From a virus, in IMG/VR virus record IMGVR_UViG_3300025684_000012: 64,000 nt of DNA. One strand, written 5' to 3'. The position numbers were made by a program, and so were the translations under genes. Below, piece after piece: positions 1 through 8,548 of this stretch; position 1 is the first letter of the stretch; every line of letters starts with the position of its first letter. The notes under the pieces were generated by a model, which saw only the letters and a program-made list of their open reading frames with translations, had not been told where the DNA came from and did not search any database.

Positions 1-32
1 AGAAATAAAGCGGCAGCTAGAAAACTCTTCAT
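1..32 (-). CDS. Partial CDS (start MKSFLAAALF..., runs off window)
   Basis: ATG at 32 preceded by GAGAGGA Shine-Dalgarno and a sigma70-like promoter; hydrophobic, signal-peptide-like start. Confidence 0.6.
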   Translation of the reverse strand, partial: MKSFLAAALF

Positions 33-62
33 AACGATATCCTCTCTCAGTTCGTTAATACG

Positions 63-91
63 AGTATACCATAGTCTTAGAGCGAAGTAAA
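63..91 (-). promoter_or_regulatory. Early sigma70-type promoter
   Basis: GTTTACT-N17-TATACT on the minus strand. Confidence 0.7.
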
Positions 92-92
92 C

Positions 93-118
93 AAAAAAAA
101 CCACCGCGAAGGGTGGCT
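93..118 (-). terminator. Rho-independent terminator
   Basis: GCCACC-CTTCGC-GGTGGT followed by a T run. Confidence 0.75.
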
Positions 119-139
119 TTAAAAGTGGTGGGCAGTTAA

Positions 140-571
140 CTATCCGCCGTATGAATGCTTGCGGCTAACTACATCCCACTCTGCAGGAGTAGCGTCGTTG
201 AGAGATCGTCGTGGGGGGTCTTCGTCAACTACAGATTGATTCGTGGGGTCTTGATCGTCTAACGATTCACGCTCATTCCATGCGGTACGAAGCTGGTCCT
301 TCAGGAACTCTATTTGATCGTTACGGTCATGGTACTCACGAGTCACATCCTCGAAGGTTTTAAACAAGCCATCAAATTTCGCATCATATAGGGACGATAC
401 TCCTAACAAAAGGTTACCAAGTTTATCCGACTGTTCGTACGTCAGTCCTTCAAATATGCTGGACTCGCCAACGTAGTTGTATACAGCTTGAACGTCTTCT
501 ACCACAGACCAACATTGCATAATCTTCTGTTCTAAATCAAAAATAACATCACTCATCTGTGCTTCCTTCAT
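140..571 (-). CDS. Hypothetical protein (start possibly 556)
   Basis: 143-aa ORF in a tightly packed minus-strand operon. Confidence 0.7.
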   Translation of the reverse strand: MKEAQMSDVIFDLEQKIMQCWSVVEDVQAVYNYVGESSIFEGLTYEQSDKLGNLLLGVSSLYDAKFDGLFKTFEDVTREYHDRNDQIEFLKDQLRTAWNERESLDDQDPTNQSVVDEDPPRRSLNDATPAEWDVVSRKHSYGG

Positions 572-806
572 TGTAAAATTTTATAAAAACCCGATGGGCA
601 TCAACGTCTTCCTTTATAATCCGATTACGATCTATCGTTATGCCCAGTTTACTTGCAATTATATCTATTGCTGCAGGTAATCGCTTATACCTTGGCTGAG
701 CGAAAACGTCAGGGTATTGATCATTAGTGACGACCACCTCATACAAATCCACCTTGCTATTAGTCCAAACGATCAACTTAAAACTCCTCCGAGGCTGAGG
801 CTGCAA
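549..806 (-). CDS. Hypothetical protein
   Basis: ORF filling the gap between neighbours; start uncertain. Confidence 0.5.
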   Translation of the reverse strand: MQPQPRRSFKLIVWTNSKVDLYEVVVTNDQYPDVFAQPRYKRLPAAIDIIASKLGITIDRNRIIKEDVDAHRVFIKFYNEGSTDE

Positions 807-1023
807 ATTTCCCGAACTCCATTTCGAAGTTTTGTGCAGCTGCTATGTCCTGAAAGTGGAAGGTGTGTTCGTACACATCAGTCCACGTAGAGAAACTCCA
901 ACACTGTTTTTCCACTTGGCGTTTACACCAAGTTTTTCCTTGATCAGCTAAATCGCTATGCAATCTAACACCATAGCCGGGCAACCATGTTAGCTTGTAA
1001 TCCGCTATTGCTTGCGGGGTCAT
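778..1023 (-). CDS. Hypothetical protein (MTPQAI...)
   Basis: ATG at 1023 after GGAGGA; overlaps the upstream stop (ATGA). Confidence 0.7.
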   Translation of the reverse strand: MTPQAIADYKLTWLPGYGVRLHSDLADQGKTWCKRQVEKQCWSFSTWTDVYEHTFHFQDIAAAQNFEMEFGKFAASASEEF

Positions 1024-1505
1024 AAATCCTCCTTCCAACTGGTCGTATCAATAAACACTTTTAATGTGCGGTCGTCGTCTTGTAGACTAAACTTAATATG
1101 CTGATTGTCATTGAGATGATTCACGTACTTGCGGCCTTGGTCGTCGATAACTTCAAAGCGAGTCGCATCTTTCATTGCTTCAAGTTCTACAGCATCGTGA
1201 AGCATATTGTGTAGAGAGAAGAAGCCGCATTCCATACCAGCAGCATACATATGAGGGCCAAATCCAAACTTATCGTATAGAGTGCCACGATAACTGCGAT
1301 TATCTTTTATGCGCGCTTCATATATTCTCTTGCATACTGCATAGAACGCACCTTCACGCTCGTCCTCAGTCAACCCATTCCACCAAGCATCGTTCATAAG
1401 TGCATGATGCCTTTCAGCAGCTTCTACCTGCACCCTCAGCTCTTCAAGAGCGAGGATGGCGTCTTCTCTCTCTTCTCTACTCATATCTAGAATCTCATTC
1501 GCCAA
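1020..1505 (-). CDS. Hypothetical protein
   Basis: 161-aa ORF in operon. Confidence 0.7.
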   Translation of the reverse strand: MANEILDMSREEREDAILALEELRVQVEAAERHHALMNDAWWNGLTEDEREGAFYAVCKRIYEARIKDNRSYRGTLYDKFGFGPHMYAAGMECGFFSLHNMLHDAVELEAMKDATRFEVIDDQGRKYVNHLNDNQHIKFSLQDDDRTLKVFIDTTSWKEDL

Positions 1506-1689
1506 ATATAGTTGGTGCTTGTTCAGCAGCTTCTTCCATGTAGTACTCTCCTGGATAGTGCTTCAAGCAGTTGTAGGCCCGCATTCTTACTTGTTTAGGT
1601 ATCCGGGGCGTTTTCTTGGGATCTAAAAGATCGACCAGAAACTCGCGAGTCCTATTAACCGCGTTTCGTCTTTCATATGGCATTGTCAT
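1495..1689 (-). CDS. Small conserved protein, BPSL0761-like (MTMPYERRNAV...LKHYP)
   Basis: N-terminal MTMPxER and L-x-HYP motifs; GGAG Shine-Dalgarno before MTMP. Confidence 0.55.
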   Translation of the reverse strand: MTMPYERRNAVNRTREFLVDLLDPKKTPRIPKQVRMRAYNCLKHYPGEYYMEEAAEQAPTIFGE

Positions 1690-1779
1690 ATCCACACTCC
1701 GTGAGCAATGCCGTAGTCTACTAACATCGCTAGAGTAGCTACTACAATTACATACCAAACCATCAATCGTTTTTTGATC

Positions 1780-1977
1780 TTATACACGGGCCGAGTAGCC
1801 TTCGTCGTCAAACAGATCGTAGATCTCATCAGAAGATAGACCCAAGCTGAATAGAGCGTTGACTGCTCGATCTTCTACGGTACGATTGCCGTAACCGTCG
1901 ATGAACTCTTCAACGCAATCCAAAACACGCTCACCAAGCTCGCCACGCGCAAACCACTTCACTTCACTCATAACCAA
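1780..1977 (-). CDS. Hypothetical early protein
   Basis: ORF directly downstream of a consensus promoter, with AAGGA Shine-Dalgarno. Confidence 0.65.
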   Translation of the reverse strand: MVMSEVKWFARGELGERVLDCVEEFIDGYGNRTVEDRAVNALFSLGLSSDEIYDLFDDEGYSARV

Positions 1978-2006
1978 TTCCTTTTATTCCTCAACTCAAT
2001 GAACCC

Positions 2007-2035
2007 ATTATATCATAGAGACATTCGGAAGTCAA
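2007..2035 (-). promoter_or_regulatory. Early sigma70-type promoter
   Basis: TTGACT-N17-TATAAT. Confidence 0.85.
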
Positions 2036-2065
2036 CACTCATTGGATCAATTAATGTAAAAATTT

Positions 2066-2386
2066 TCACCACTTAATCTCCATCCAATTGGTATCTTTGG
2101 GCATCAATTCAACTGCATCACCAAAGTGTTCTTTGAGTTTGCTGTATGTTGGACCAGTTGCCATGCTGATGCGATATGGATTCTTATGGCACCGATAGCA
2201 ACTGCCACTGGAACCATAGAACTCATAGTAGTCGCCGTCTTCTTCAACACGAGTAATACCTGAGTTCATACGCCAAGAGTCACCGTAAAGATAACCACCC
2301 GACCAACCTGCGAGTACCTTATACAGTGTCTCACCTTCGTATTGAATCTTCAGTATAACCCAACTGTCGGGGGTATAGTCACTCAT
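2066..2386 (-). CDS. Conserved phage hypothetical protein (MSDYTPDSWVILKI...)
   Basis: ATGA-coupled to the upstream gene; GWSGGYL..DSWRMNSGI motif familiar from myoviruses. Confidence 0.7.
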   Translation of the reverse strand: MSDYTPDSWVILKIQYEGETLYKVLAGWSGGYLYGDSWRMNSGITRVEEDGDYYEFYGSSGSCYRCHKNPYRISMATGPTYSKLKEHFGDAVELMPKDTNWMEIKW

Positions 2387-2784
2387 TCTGCCCACCTTAT
2401 CTGTTTGCCATACCAAAGTTCAAAACGCTCGATGAGTTGTTCATAACTCAACTGTACGTCAGTTTCTAAGTCCCATAACCAATCACTGAGTGCATTCCAA
2501 TCTTCTCCATGTATTGGTGCCATGCCATATTCGTCCCAACCGTCATAACCTGGTTTACTACTATCACGAATGTCAATTCGGCCGCCAGCATAGTGTACTT
2601 TAACATCCTCTATCTCGTAGGTATCACCAATCTCAATATTGGGATAGTTGAGAACTTTGCTTGTTCGTAACGCATTGCGAATCAGTTCGCTTTCACAAGT
2701 TTTCTCGACCATGTGCGTAAATCCGCGCGCACGATACCAGTCCATACTGCAAGGACCCATAAAGTTTGCGCTATACGAAATCAC
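2383..2784 (-). CDS. Hypothetical protein
   Basis: 133-aa ORF in operon. Confidence 0.7.
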   Translation of the reverse strand: MISYSANFMGPCSMDWYRARGFTHMVEKTCESELIRNALRTSKVLNYPNIEIGDTYEIEDVKVHYAGGRIDIRDSSKPGYDGWDEYGMAPIHGEDWNALSDWLWDLETDVQLSYEQLIERFELWYGKQIRWAE

Positions 2785-2992
2785 TGTCCAGGTCCTCTTC
2801 TATTTTAATCCACTTGTATTTGAGTTGTGGATATTTCTTTATTGCTTCACTTAGCAGTAACTTGTCCTCGTCCCATATACCGTCGGGATAAAAACAATAT
2901 ACTTCTTCTAACCCTAAGTCACTGAACCTCGTCATGTATGAGGTATATTCTATTTCTATTCTGTTATTAGCTAGTTTGTTCCACCAACTCAT
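2771..2992 (-). CDS. Hypothetical protein
   Basis: 73-aa ORF overlapping its neighbours. Confidence 0.6.
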   Translation of the reverse strand: MSWWNKLANNRIEIEYTSYMTRFSDLGLEEVYCFYPDGIWDEDKLLLSEAIKKYPQLKYKWIKIEEDLDSDFV

Positions 2993-3210
2993 TGCCCACT
3001 TCTCCCAACAAGGTCTCGTTTATACACTGCTGTGGTGTTTGTACCCATTTGTGGGCACACTAAAATAAACTCCGGCAAACCATGCTCATCACTGTTACCC
3101 GCTTCACCACAGATAAAGAATGAACCACTCTTGTCTGGTTGTGTGTGATACCAAATCTTTGATAGTTTCTGAAACAGTGCGTACTCTTCATCGGTTATTT
3201 CTTTCATCAC
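2989..3210 (-). CDS. Hypothetical protein
   Basis: 73-aa ORF in operon. Confidence 0.65.
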   Translation of the reverse strand: MMKEITDEEYALFQKLSKIWYHTQPDKSGSFFICGEAGNSDEHGLPEFILVCPQMGTNTTAVYKRDLVGRSGQ

Positions 3211-3443
3211 TAGTCAAACCTTGTAGTGTTCTTTTTATAATAAGCAATGGCATTCTCATTACTTCGTTTAATACTCTCACGTTCCCATTCTCGTGCTTCT
3301 TCAGTATCAACCTCTTCAAAACCTTCGGGGATAGCAGGGAATTTGTAACCGTCCTCATTAGTATACATAGCATATTGCTTTTGAAAGTGATTAGTTTCGG
3401 TGTGTTGCAAGTATCTTTCAGTTTTCATTACACTAATACACAT
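3210..3443 (-). CDS. Hypothetical protein
   Basis: 77-aa ORF abutting its neighbours. Confidence 0.6.
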   Translation of the reverse strand: MCISVMKTERYLQHTETNHFQKQYAMYTNEDGYKFPAIPEGFEEVDTEEAREWERESIKRSNENAIAYYKKNTTRFD

Positions 3444-3841
3444 ACTTTTACAAACTCTCCATCACATACTTTGTACCTCACAACAGCGCAGTTTGAGCGA
3501 ATGTATGCACGACCTCCATCGATCATTTTGCCGCCCACAGTTTTGTAATCATGACGATGTGCACTATAATGTAGGTTACCGTTGTCATCTTCAATCATAC
3601 CAAACTCTGCACCTTCGATACGATCAGCATTGGTGATCATCACACGATCCACTTTGTCAATGTACAATCCAAAGTATCGATTGCCGAACTGTGGGTGAGG
3701 AGTATCGCGATAGAAGATATCCATTGCTTTCGCTTCACTGCCCAGTGCACTGGTGCACACATACTTGACTGCTACCCCATCCTTTTTAGAGTAGTGTTCA
3801 GCCATAGCATCTGTTTTAAAAATGTTGTCATGCTTAATCAT
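3428..3841 (-). CDS. Conserved phage hypothetical protein
   Basis: 137-aa ORF with HRHDY...IDGGRAY motif. Confidence 0.7.
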   Translation of the reverse strand: MIKHDNIFKTDAMAEHYSKKDGVAVKYVCTSALGSEAKAMDIFYRDTPHPQFGNRYFGLYIDKVDRVMITNADRIEGAEFGMIEDDNGNLHYSAHRHDYKTVGGKMIDGGRAYIRSNCAVVRYKVCDGEFVKVCVLV

Positions 3842-3847
3842 AGTAAG

Positions 3848-4522
3848 TTACGTCCATAGATTTTCGTAGTACCTGCCGAACAATCGAAAGCCGTTTGAGA
3901 TACGAGCTTGATATGCTTGCATACCTTCTCGATCCACTTGGAATGTATCGTTAGGTCCACGTTTCATTTCGCTCATACCCGACCCGTCGTCGAGCTCTTC
4001 AAAGCAAACATCGTGCGTGCCACTGTAAAACTGATCTTCCCAATCCTCTAACTTGGTAGTGAACGCAAAGATCATTTCATCCATTACCCAGTCCCAACGC
4101 TCAAAGAACTTGCTATCAGTATCACCATTAATGGTGTAGGCTGTCAGTTCTTCCTTTGTTGGGCGCAACTCTGTTGGCACATCTTCAGGATAAACATAAG
4201 GAGCCCCGTGTTTGGTGGCTTTGAGTTGGATCAGCATCGGCAATATAATGTGTGCTAGTGTGCTGTCCATGTTCCAAGTGTCCCAACGATCAATGTGCAC
4301 ACTAACTCTGCGTTTGTCGTGGTAGCTTACCCACCGTTGTGCAACCCGGCTCCACACACCTCCGAACCGAGTGTGTGCTAACCAATCACCTATGTTGAAC
4401 ACCCATTGCGGTTTGTCTTTGAAGAAGTATTCGTCCTCTACATCCTTTGCCCAAAAGCAAAGTTTTTCCACTAACTGGTATGGACCTAGCCAATCAGGAT
4501 ATTTTTTAATCTTCACTTTCAC
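3848..4522 (-). CDS. Conserved phage hypothetical protein
   Basis: 224-aa ORF with DTWNMDSTLA...RWDWVMDEMIFAF...GFRLFGRYY motifs. Confidence 0.75.
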   Translation of the reverse strand: MKVKIKKYPDWLGPYQLVEKLCFWAKDVEDEYFFKDKPQWVFNIGDWLAHTRFGGVWSRVAQRWVSYHDKRRVSVHIDRWDTWNMDSTLAHIILPMLIQLKATKHGAPYVYPEDVPTELRPTKEELTAYTINGDTDSKFFERWDWVMDEMIFAFTTKLEDWEDQFYSGTHDVCFEELDDGSGMSEMKRGPNDTFQVDREGMQAYQARISNGFRLFGRYYENLWT

Positions 4523-4549
4523 TGTCGTTCTCCACTGGGATATTTTTGA

Positions 4550-4756
4550 TTACTTTCTCCGCGTATATCTACTAGGGTTTAAAACAAGATCCATTACATC
4601 TCGACCTATTACCAGCATCCCAAAAGTTGCCCCTAATACGACCATTGCGTTAATATCACCTCCAGTGATTCTGGTATATACCGCCAACGATATCAGTGCT
4701 GCAAATACCAGGTACGAACCTATGCGCAATACATAATCTTTAATCGTCATTGTCAA
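4550..4756 (-). CDS. Small membrane protein
   Basis: Two hydrophobic segments and a basic C-terminus. Confidence 0.6.
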   Translation of the reverse strand: MTMTIKDYVLRIGSYLVFAALISLAVYTRITGGDINAMVVLGATFGMLVIGRDVMDLVLNPSRYTRRK

Positions 4757-4955
4757 CCGCTTCCTTAATCATCCTCTCAGTTACTTCGCGAACTCGCGGA
4801 TAGTCTGATAACGCACCCCTTAACATGGAGATAAGCACTCCAGTGACGTATGGGTACGACACACTACCATCGAAAGAGAACTCTCTACTGTCCTGCTCGA
4901 TACCTTCTATGTATTTGTCTAGGATTGAGTCTTTCATAATATATTCCTTCTTCAC
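4740..4955 (-). CDS. Hypothetical protein
   Basis: 71-aa ORF in operon. Confidence 0.6.
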   Translation of the reverse strand: MKKEYIMKDSILDKYIEGIEQDSREFSFDGSVSYPYVTGVLISMLRGALSDYPRVREVTERMIKEAVDNDD

Positions 4956-5188
4956 GCTTTTTTAACTTTTTTATCAGACCAATCGCGGTCCAAGAATTCA
5001 TTGACCGACATTCCACAAGTTCGGACTATCTTATCAAACTTCTTAACATCGTCCATGGTCCAGCTATGGTTGATAAACGAGCTGTAGTGATCGACGACCA
5101 ATTCACTCAATCTCTTATAATCTTCACCAGGACGATCAAATATGTAACGTACCTTACGGTTGTAATTCAACTTAACAACTGAATCCAT
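4952..5188 (-). CDS. Hypothetical protein
   Basis: 78-aa ORF, TAATG-coupled. Confidence 0.65.
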   Translation of the reverse strand: MDSVVKLNYNRKVRYIFDRPGEDYKRLSELVVDHYSSFINHSWTMDDVKKFDKIVRTCGMSVNEFLDRDWSDKKVKKA

Positions 5189-5373
5189 TACTTTGCTCCT
5201 TTGTTAGACTGAACTGACACCTTGCCGAACAATGATATTATCACTAGTGATGCCAACCAAGTCGAGAACGTATATGCAATCCCTAATCCAAACAGAGTAT
5301 TCAACGCCCAAATTAATGCAATGGGCGTACCCACTGCCATCAAAGCTAACCACGCGACAACAATAAACATCAT
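5188..5373 (-). CDS. Small two-TM membrane protein (MMFIVVAW...)
   Basis: Start reassigned to 5373: GGAGGAG Shine-Dalgarno, and the longer start overlaps the promoter -10 region. Confidence 0.7.
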   Translation of the reverse strand: MMFIVVAWLALMAVGTPIALIWALNTLFGLGIAYTFSTWLASLVIISLFGKVSVQSNKGAK

Positions 5374-5397
5374 TTCTCTCCTCCACAACTTTCCCCA

Positions 5398-5426
5398 ATT
5401 ATACAACAATAGCGTATAATGGTCAA
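5398..5426 (-). promoter_or_regulatory. Early sigma70-type promoter
   Basis: TTGACC-N17-TATAAT. Confidence 0.8.
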
Positions 5427-5435
5427 CAGCTAGAC

Positions 5436-5460
5436 AAAAAAAATCCCACCTAGGTGGGAC
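5436..5460 (-). terminator. Rho-independent terminator
   Basis: GTCCCACCTAGGTGGGAT hairpin followed by a T run. Confidence 0.75.
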
Positions 5461-5484
5461 AATTTTATCAGTTGATGGTGGTCA

Positions 5485-5709
5485 TTAGGGGTAATATTCG
5501 AATAGATCTGCCTGAGCCACCTCAGCTTCTTGCTGGATGATCTCAGATGGAGGGGTGAATACACGTATAACCCTATCGAGTGCTTCGATCAGATCACGCT
5601 CACTCTCGTCGCAACACGAGCGCTGAAATTGGAGCTCGCTACGAACAATTTCGTCAATTTCGTCATTGTCTACTTTCAATTGCAATGTATAACTCATTTT
5701 AAAGTCCAT
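5485..5709 (-). CDS. Hypothetical protein
   Basis: 74-aa ORF between its own promoter and terminator. Confidence 0.65.
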   Translation of the reverse strand: MDFKMSYTLQLKVDNDEIDEIVRSELQFQRSCCDESERDLIEALDRVIRVFTPPSEIIQQEAEVAQADLFEYYP

Positions 5710-5728
5710 GTTGTTGTTGATATGGCTA

Positions 5729-5757
5729 ATTATACTGCAATGCGCGTGGAAGGTAAA
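5729..5757 (-). promoter_or_regulatory. sigma70-type promoter
   Basis: TTTACC-N17-TATAAT. Confidence 0.65.
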
Positions 5758-5758
5758 G

Positions 5759-6424
5759 CTATTTAGATAACTCTTTTTTAATCCAGCGTTGGGCTAAACC
5801 ATTGCGGGGAGGCATCTTAACCCATTTCTGAATCTCTCGGTATGCGCGCAAAGTACCTTGGGTGATATCAGCATCTTGACTATTGTCTACGATGTGTAGA
5901 TTGCTACCAAACACTCCTTGAAACTTACCTATGTTGCCCTGAACACTGTTCCACATCTTTACAACTTCATTGTCGGGCAGAGAGCGATTTCTTGCGCGGT
6001 TACGAGCCAAAGCGGTTTCCTTGTCCGTATTGACAAAAATCATAGCAGTCTCATACCCGAGCTTTTCAAGCATGTCGCGTTGCTGTTTGATCTTACCGTA
6101 ATCCTTACCAGTCCCATCAATTACAAGACCTAGCCGTCCTTTGATATAAGCCTCTTGCTTTCTACCAGTTAACGCTTTAGCCTTACCACGGAGCTGTTGA
6201 CCTTTATCTGAAAAGATGTCATCAGGATCCATTGTCATACCAGCTTTTCGCATAGAGATCTCAAATGCATCATCAGAGTTGACTACTTTGAACCCGAATG
6301 ATGTTAGGGCCGTTTTGCCTACAACAAACGACTTACCAGATCCTGGACCGCCAGCCAAGAACACAGCCTTAAATATAGCTGGGTCGTTAACACCTTCGTG
6401 TAAGAATTGTTTAAAAGATATCAT
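5759..6424 (-). CDS. P-loop kinase (zeta-toxin/AAA_33-like), probably late and head-packaged
   Basis: Walker A GGPGSGKS, LVIDGTG, ALARNRAR lid motif; late promoter upstream. Confidence 0.8.
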   Translation of the reverse strand: MISFKQFLHEGVNDPAIFKAVFLAGGPGSGKSFVVGKTALTSFGFKVVNSDDAFEISMRKAGMTMDPDDIFSDKGQQLRGKAKALTGRKQEAYIKGRLGLVIDGTGKDYGKIKQQRDMLEKLGYETAMIFVNTDKETALARNRARNRSLPDNEVVKMWNSVQGNIGKFQGVFGSNLHIVDNSQDADITQGTLRAYREIQKWVKMPPRNGLAQRWIKKELSK

Positions 6425-6456
6425 AGGGTTGCCAGATTAATTATGCTAATACTAGT

Positions 6457-6464
6457 TATTTATA
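6457..6464 (-). promoter_or_regulatory. T4-type late promoter
   Basis: TATAAATA. Confidence 0.8.
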
Positions 6465-6487
6465 GGCAAGAAGGTCCCAGCTGGGAC

Positions 6488-7267
6488 CTAAAGTTTTTCA
6501 AATTCGTGATGTAGGAAGTCAGCAAATATCACTTGAGAGCGTTCACCTGGATGGTCAAACTCTTTTAGATCGTCAATAGCGACACCGATGCTGAATAAAT
6601 CTTTATGCCTACCCAACCCCACTCGACTGCTGTCGTCCAACGAACTAATGCTCTGCTTTAGCCAGGCAGCAAACTCAGGTACATATTCTGCTATATTCCG
6701 GTCATCGGTATTTTCCTGAGATGGTGTATTAGTAAGTACTCTGAGTATATTCTGAAACATCCGTCCGTGAAATGCTCCTTGGATCAGCTTAATGCCCAAA
6801 GATTTACAAATGACTTCCATAGTCTTCATCTTAGTTACACCATGACTGATATCTGTTTTAGAGTCATAATGCTTTTCATAGTATTCAGTCAACAACTCTC
6901 TACGACGTCCAGGGTTCAACACCGATATTCTAAACGGCGAGAATTGTATGTGATCTAGGGGAGCAGTCAACCCCATAGTTTTTAATCTAGATGCAGGCTG
7001 TTCCTCAATAAGCTCCGCGCGCTGCCAAGCTGACCACATGATAACTATATGGGAGGGATTTTCCTTTTCGGGATCATGTAAATGGTCTATTACGTCACGG
7101 AAAATACGATCGTTGCTTGACCCACACATTCCCAAATTAACGTACGGCATCTGCAGCTTATCAGCCAATAAATGGGTGAATGTTAGATCCCAGTGAGTTG
7201 GAGGGTCATTGTCAAACCCCTCCAGCTCATCACCCCAAACAAAACTGCAACCGGCTGTCAACAACAT
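6488..7267 (-). CDS. SGNH/GDSL-like hydrolase-fold protein
   Basis: GCSFVWG block I, NLGMCGSSN block II, C-terminal DHP. Confidence 0.6.
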   Translation of the reverse strand: MLLTAGCSFVWGDELEGFDNDPPTHWDLTFTHLLADKLQMPYVNLGMCGSSNDRIFRDVIDHLHDPEKENPSHIVIMWSAWQRAELIEEQPASRLKTMGLTAPLDHIQFSPFRISVLNPGRRRELLTEYYEKHYDSKTDISHGVTKMKTMEVICKSLGIKLIQGAFHGRMFQNILRVLTNTPSQENTDDRNIAEYVPEFAAWLKQSISSLDDSSRVGLGRHKDLFSIGVAIDDLKEFDHPGERSQVIFADFLHHEFEKL

Positions 7268-7506
7268 CAGCTGAACAACTCTTCGTATAACTCAAACACT
7301 TCATCAGCTTCGGTGCGCACTTCAGTAGCATTCTGTTTGTGATAGATTGCTGCAATCCTACGCAACTTCTTCTTGTCGACTCCTTCGTTCTGAAATGTGA
7401 TTTGAACGATGTCGCGCTGGAGTTCTTTTTCAGCATCAACGCGTGCCATAGAGTCCGACAACTCTTTAATCACACCGACAATTTTTTTCTTATCCACATC
7501 AATCAT
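7267..7506 (-). CDS. dsbA: DsbA-like dsDNA-binding protein
   Basis: Size and motif (IKELSDSMARVDAEKE...KKLRRIAAIYHKQN...FELYEELF) resemble the T4 DsbA family. Confidence 0.65.
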   Translation of the reverse strand: MIDVDKKKIVGVIKELSDSMARVDAEKELQRDIVQITFQNEGVDKKKLRRIAAIYHKQNATEVRTEADEVFELYEELFS

Positions 7507-7520
7507 ATTAATCCTCTATA

Positions 7521-8195
7521 CTATTCAGTTTCAATTTCATCAATAAGCATGTCACGCATTTCACGTGCCATAGCATCTTCTGGGTTATTTACGCTACCAC
7601 CATTAACAAATTTGTATGCTAGCGTAATGCGCTGACATCCTGCGTATGCGGAATGCCAACATTGCAGGTCAGGTTCGTCACCAGCCCCAAAGTAGAAGTG
7701 TCTGCATTGCCAACCCGGCTTATCTTGGATAGTTACAATCTTGTCCTGTGCCTTGTCGTAGTATCTGAAATAACCATCTCCCGTTTCTGACCAGGTGAAT
7801 AATATTTGATACGCGTTGGCGTCGTAGTTAGTATGCCATCCAACAAACCCGCCTGGGGGATAATACGACAACAGTGCTGAAGTATGGGCTCCGAGCTCTT
7901 GTGCGAAGTCATACTTAACCCTTTGCATGAATGGCCCCCACGTCTCAGGATCTTTACGCACCATAGTAGCAATTGGTTGAGCAAAATACCGGTCGGGGGC
8001 ACCGACCAGCTGGTCGCGCGATAAACACTCCTTCAGATAAGCCTCAGAGCAGTAGTACTCCCCTTTTTCTGTATCCGATGCATCAACGTACGTCCAATAT
8101 TGCTCATTGTTATACGAAGGTTTAGACAGCATCTCAGCCGAGAAGCTCTCGAGTACCTCCAGGAAGTCTTTATTGCGTATAGTCACTTCACTCAT
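7521..8195 (-). CDS. 2OG-Fe(II) oxygenase-like protein, H-x-N type (paralogue 1)
   Basis: YPPGGFVGWHTN...FTWSETGDG...WH...RIT; aligns by eye with 30639 and 57802. Confidence 0.65.
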   Translation of the reverse strand: MSEVTIRNKDFLEVLESFSAEMLSKPSYNNEQYWTYVDASDTEKGEYYCSEAYLKECLSRDQLVGAPDRYFAQPIATMVRKDPETWGPFMQRVKYDFAQELGAHTSALLSYYPPGGFVGWHTNYDANAYQILFTWSETGDGYFRYYDKAQDKIVTIQDKPGWQCRHFYFGAGDEPDLQCWHSAYAGCQRITLAYKFVNGGSVNNPEDAMAREMRDMLIDEIETE

Positions 8196-8398
8196 TACGA
8201 TCTCACCAACTTCAACGAATATCGCCCGTCCATGATACGCTCCCAGACAAGATTGTCACCAGCCTTCCAATTTAACTGTTCAAGCAAATCATCGCTAAGC
8301 TCGAGTGCAAGCTCGCCCTCAAACTCCACAACGGGACAGACGAAAGTCTTATTCTCCGAAGTGGTCTCTTTCGAATTGTTCGTTAGCTCTTTTGATGT
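8195..8398 (-). CDS. AbrB/MazE-like small DNA-binding protein
   Basis: GELALELSDDLLEQLNWKAGDNLVW motif; start uncertain, overlaps the upstream gene. Confidence 0.55.
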   Translation of the reverse strand, partial: TSKELTNNSKETTSENKTFVCPVVEFEGELALELSDDLLEQLNWKAGDNLVWERIMDGRYSLKLVRS

Positions 8399-8537
8399 CA
8401 TCTTCAGTACATGCTCCATAATTTAATAAATAATTTAACAGGCTCTCTATACCAGCCGTCCTTCCTATCCACTTACCTGTGTAAAATGCTATTGCTAATA
8501 GAGCAACGGCTATTAACGTATGGGTAATTGAATCCAT
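8349..8537 (-). CDS. Small membrane protein
   Basis: N-terminal TM segment; AGGAG Shine-Dalgarno. Confidence 0.65.
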   Translation of the reverse strand: MDSITHTLIAVALLAIAFYTGKWIGRTAGIESLLNYLLNYGACTEDDIKRANEQFERDHFGE

Positions 8538-8548
8538 AAGGCTCTCCT

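Noticed and set aside
5759-8419. Toxin-antitoxin pair (zeta-like kinase plus AbrB-like protein)
   Set aside because: The genes are separated by three others, the kinase has its own late promoter, and these families are not cognate partners.
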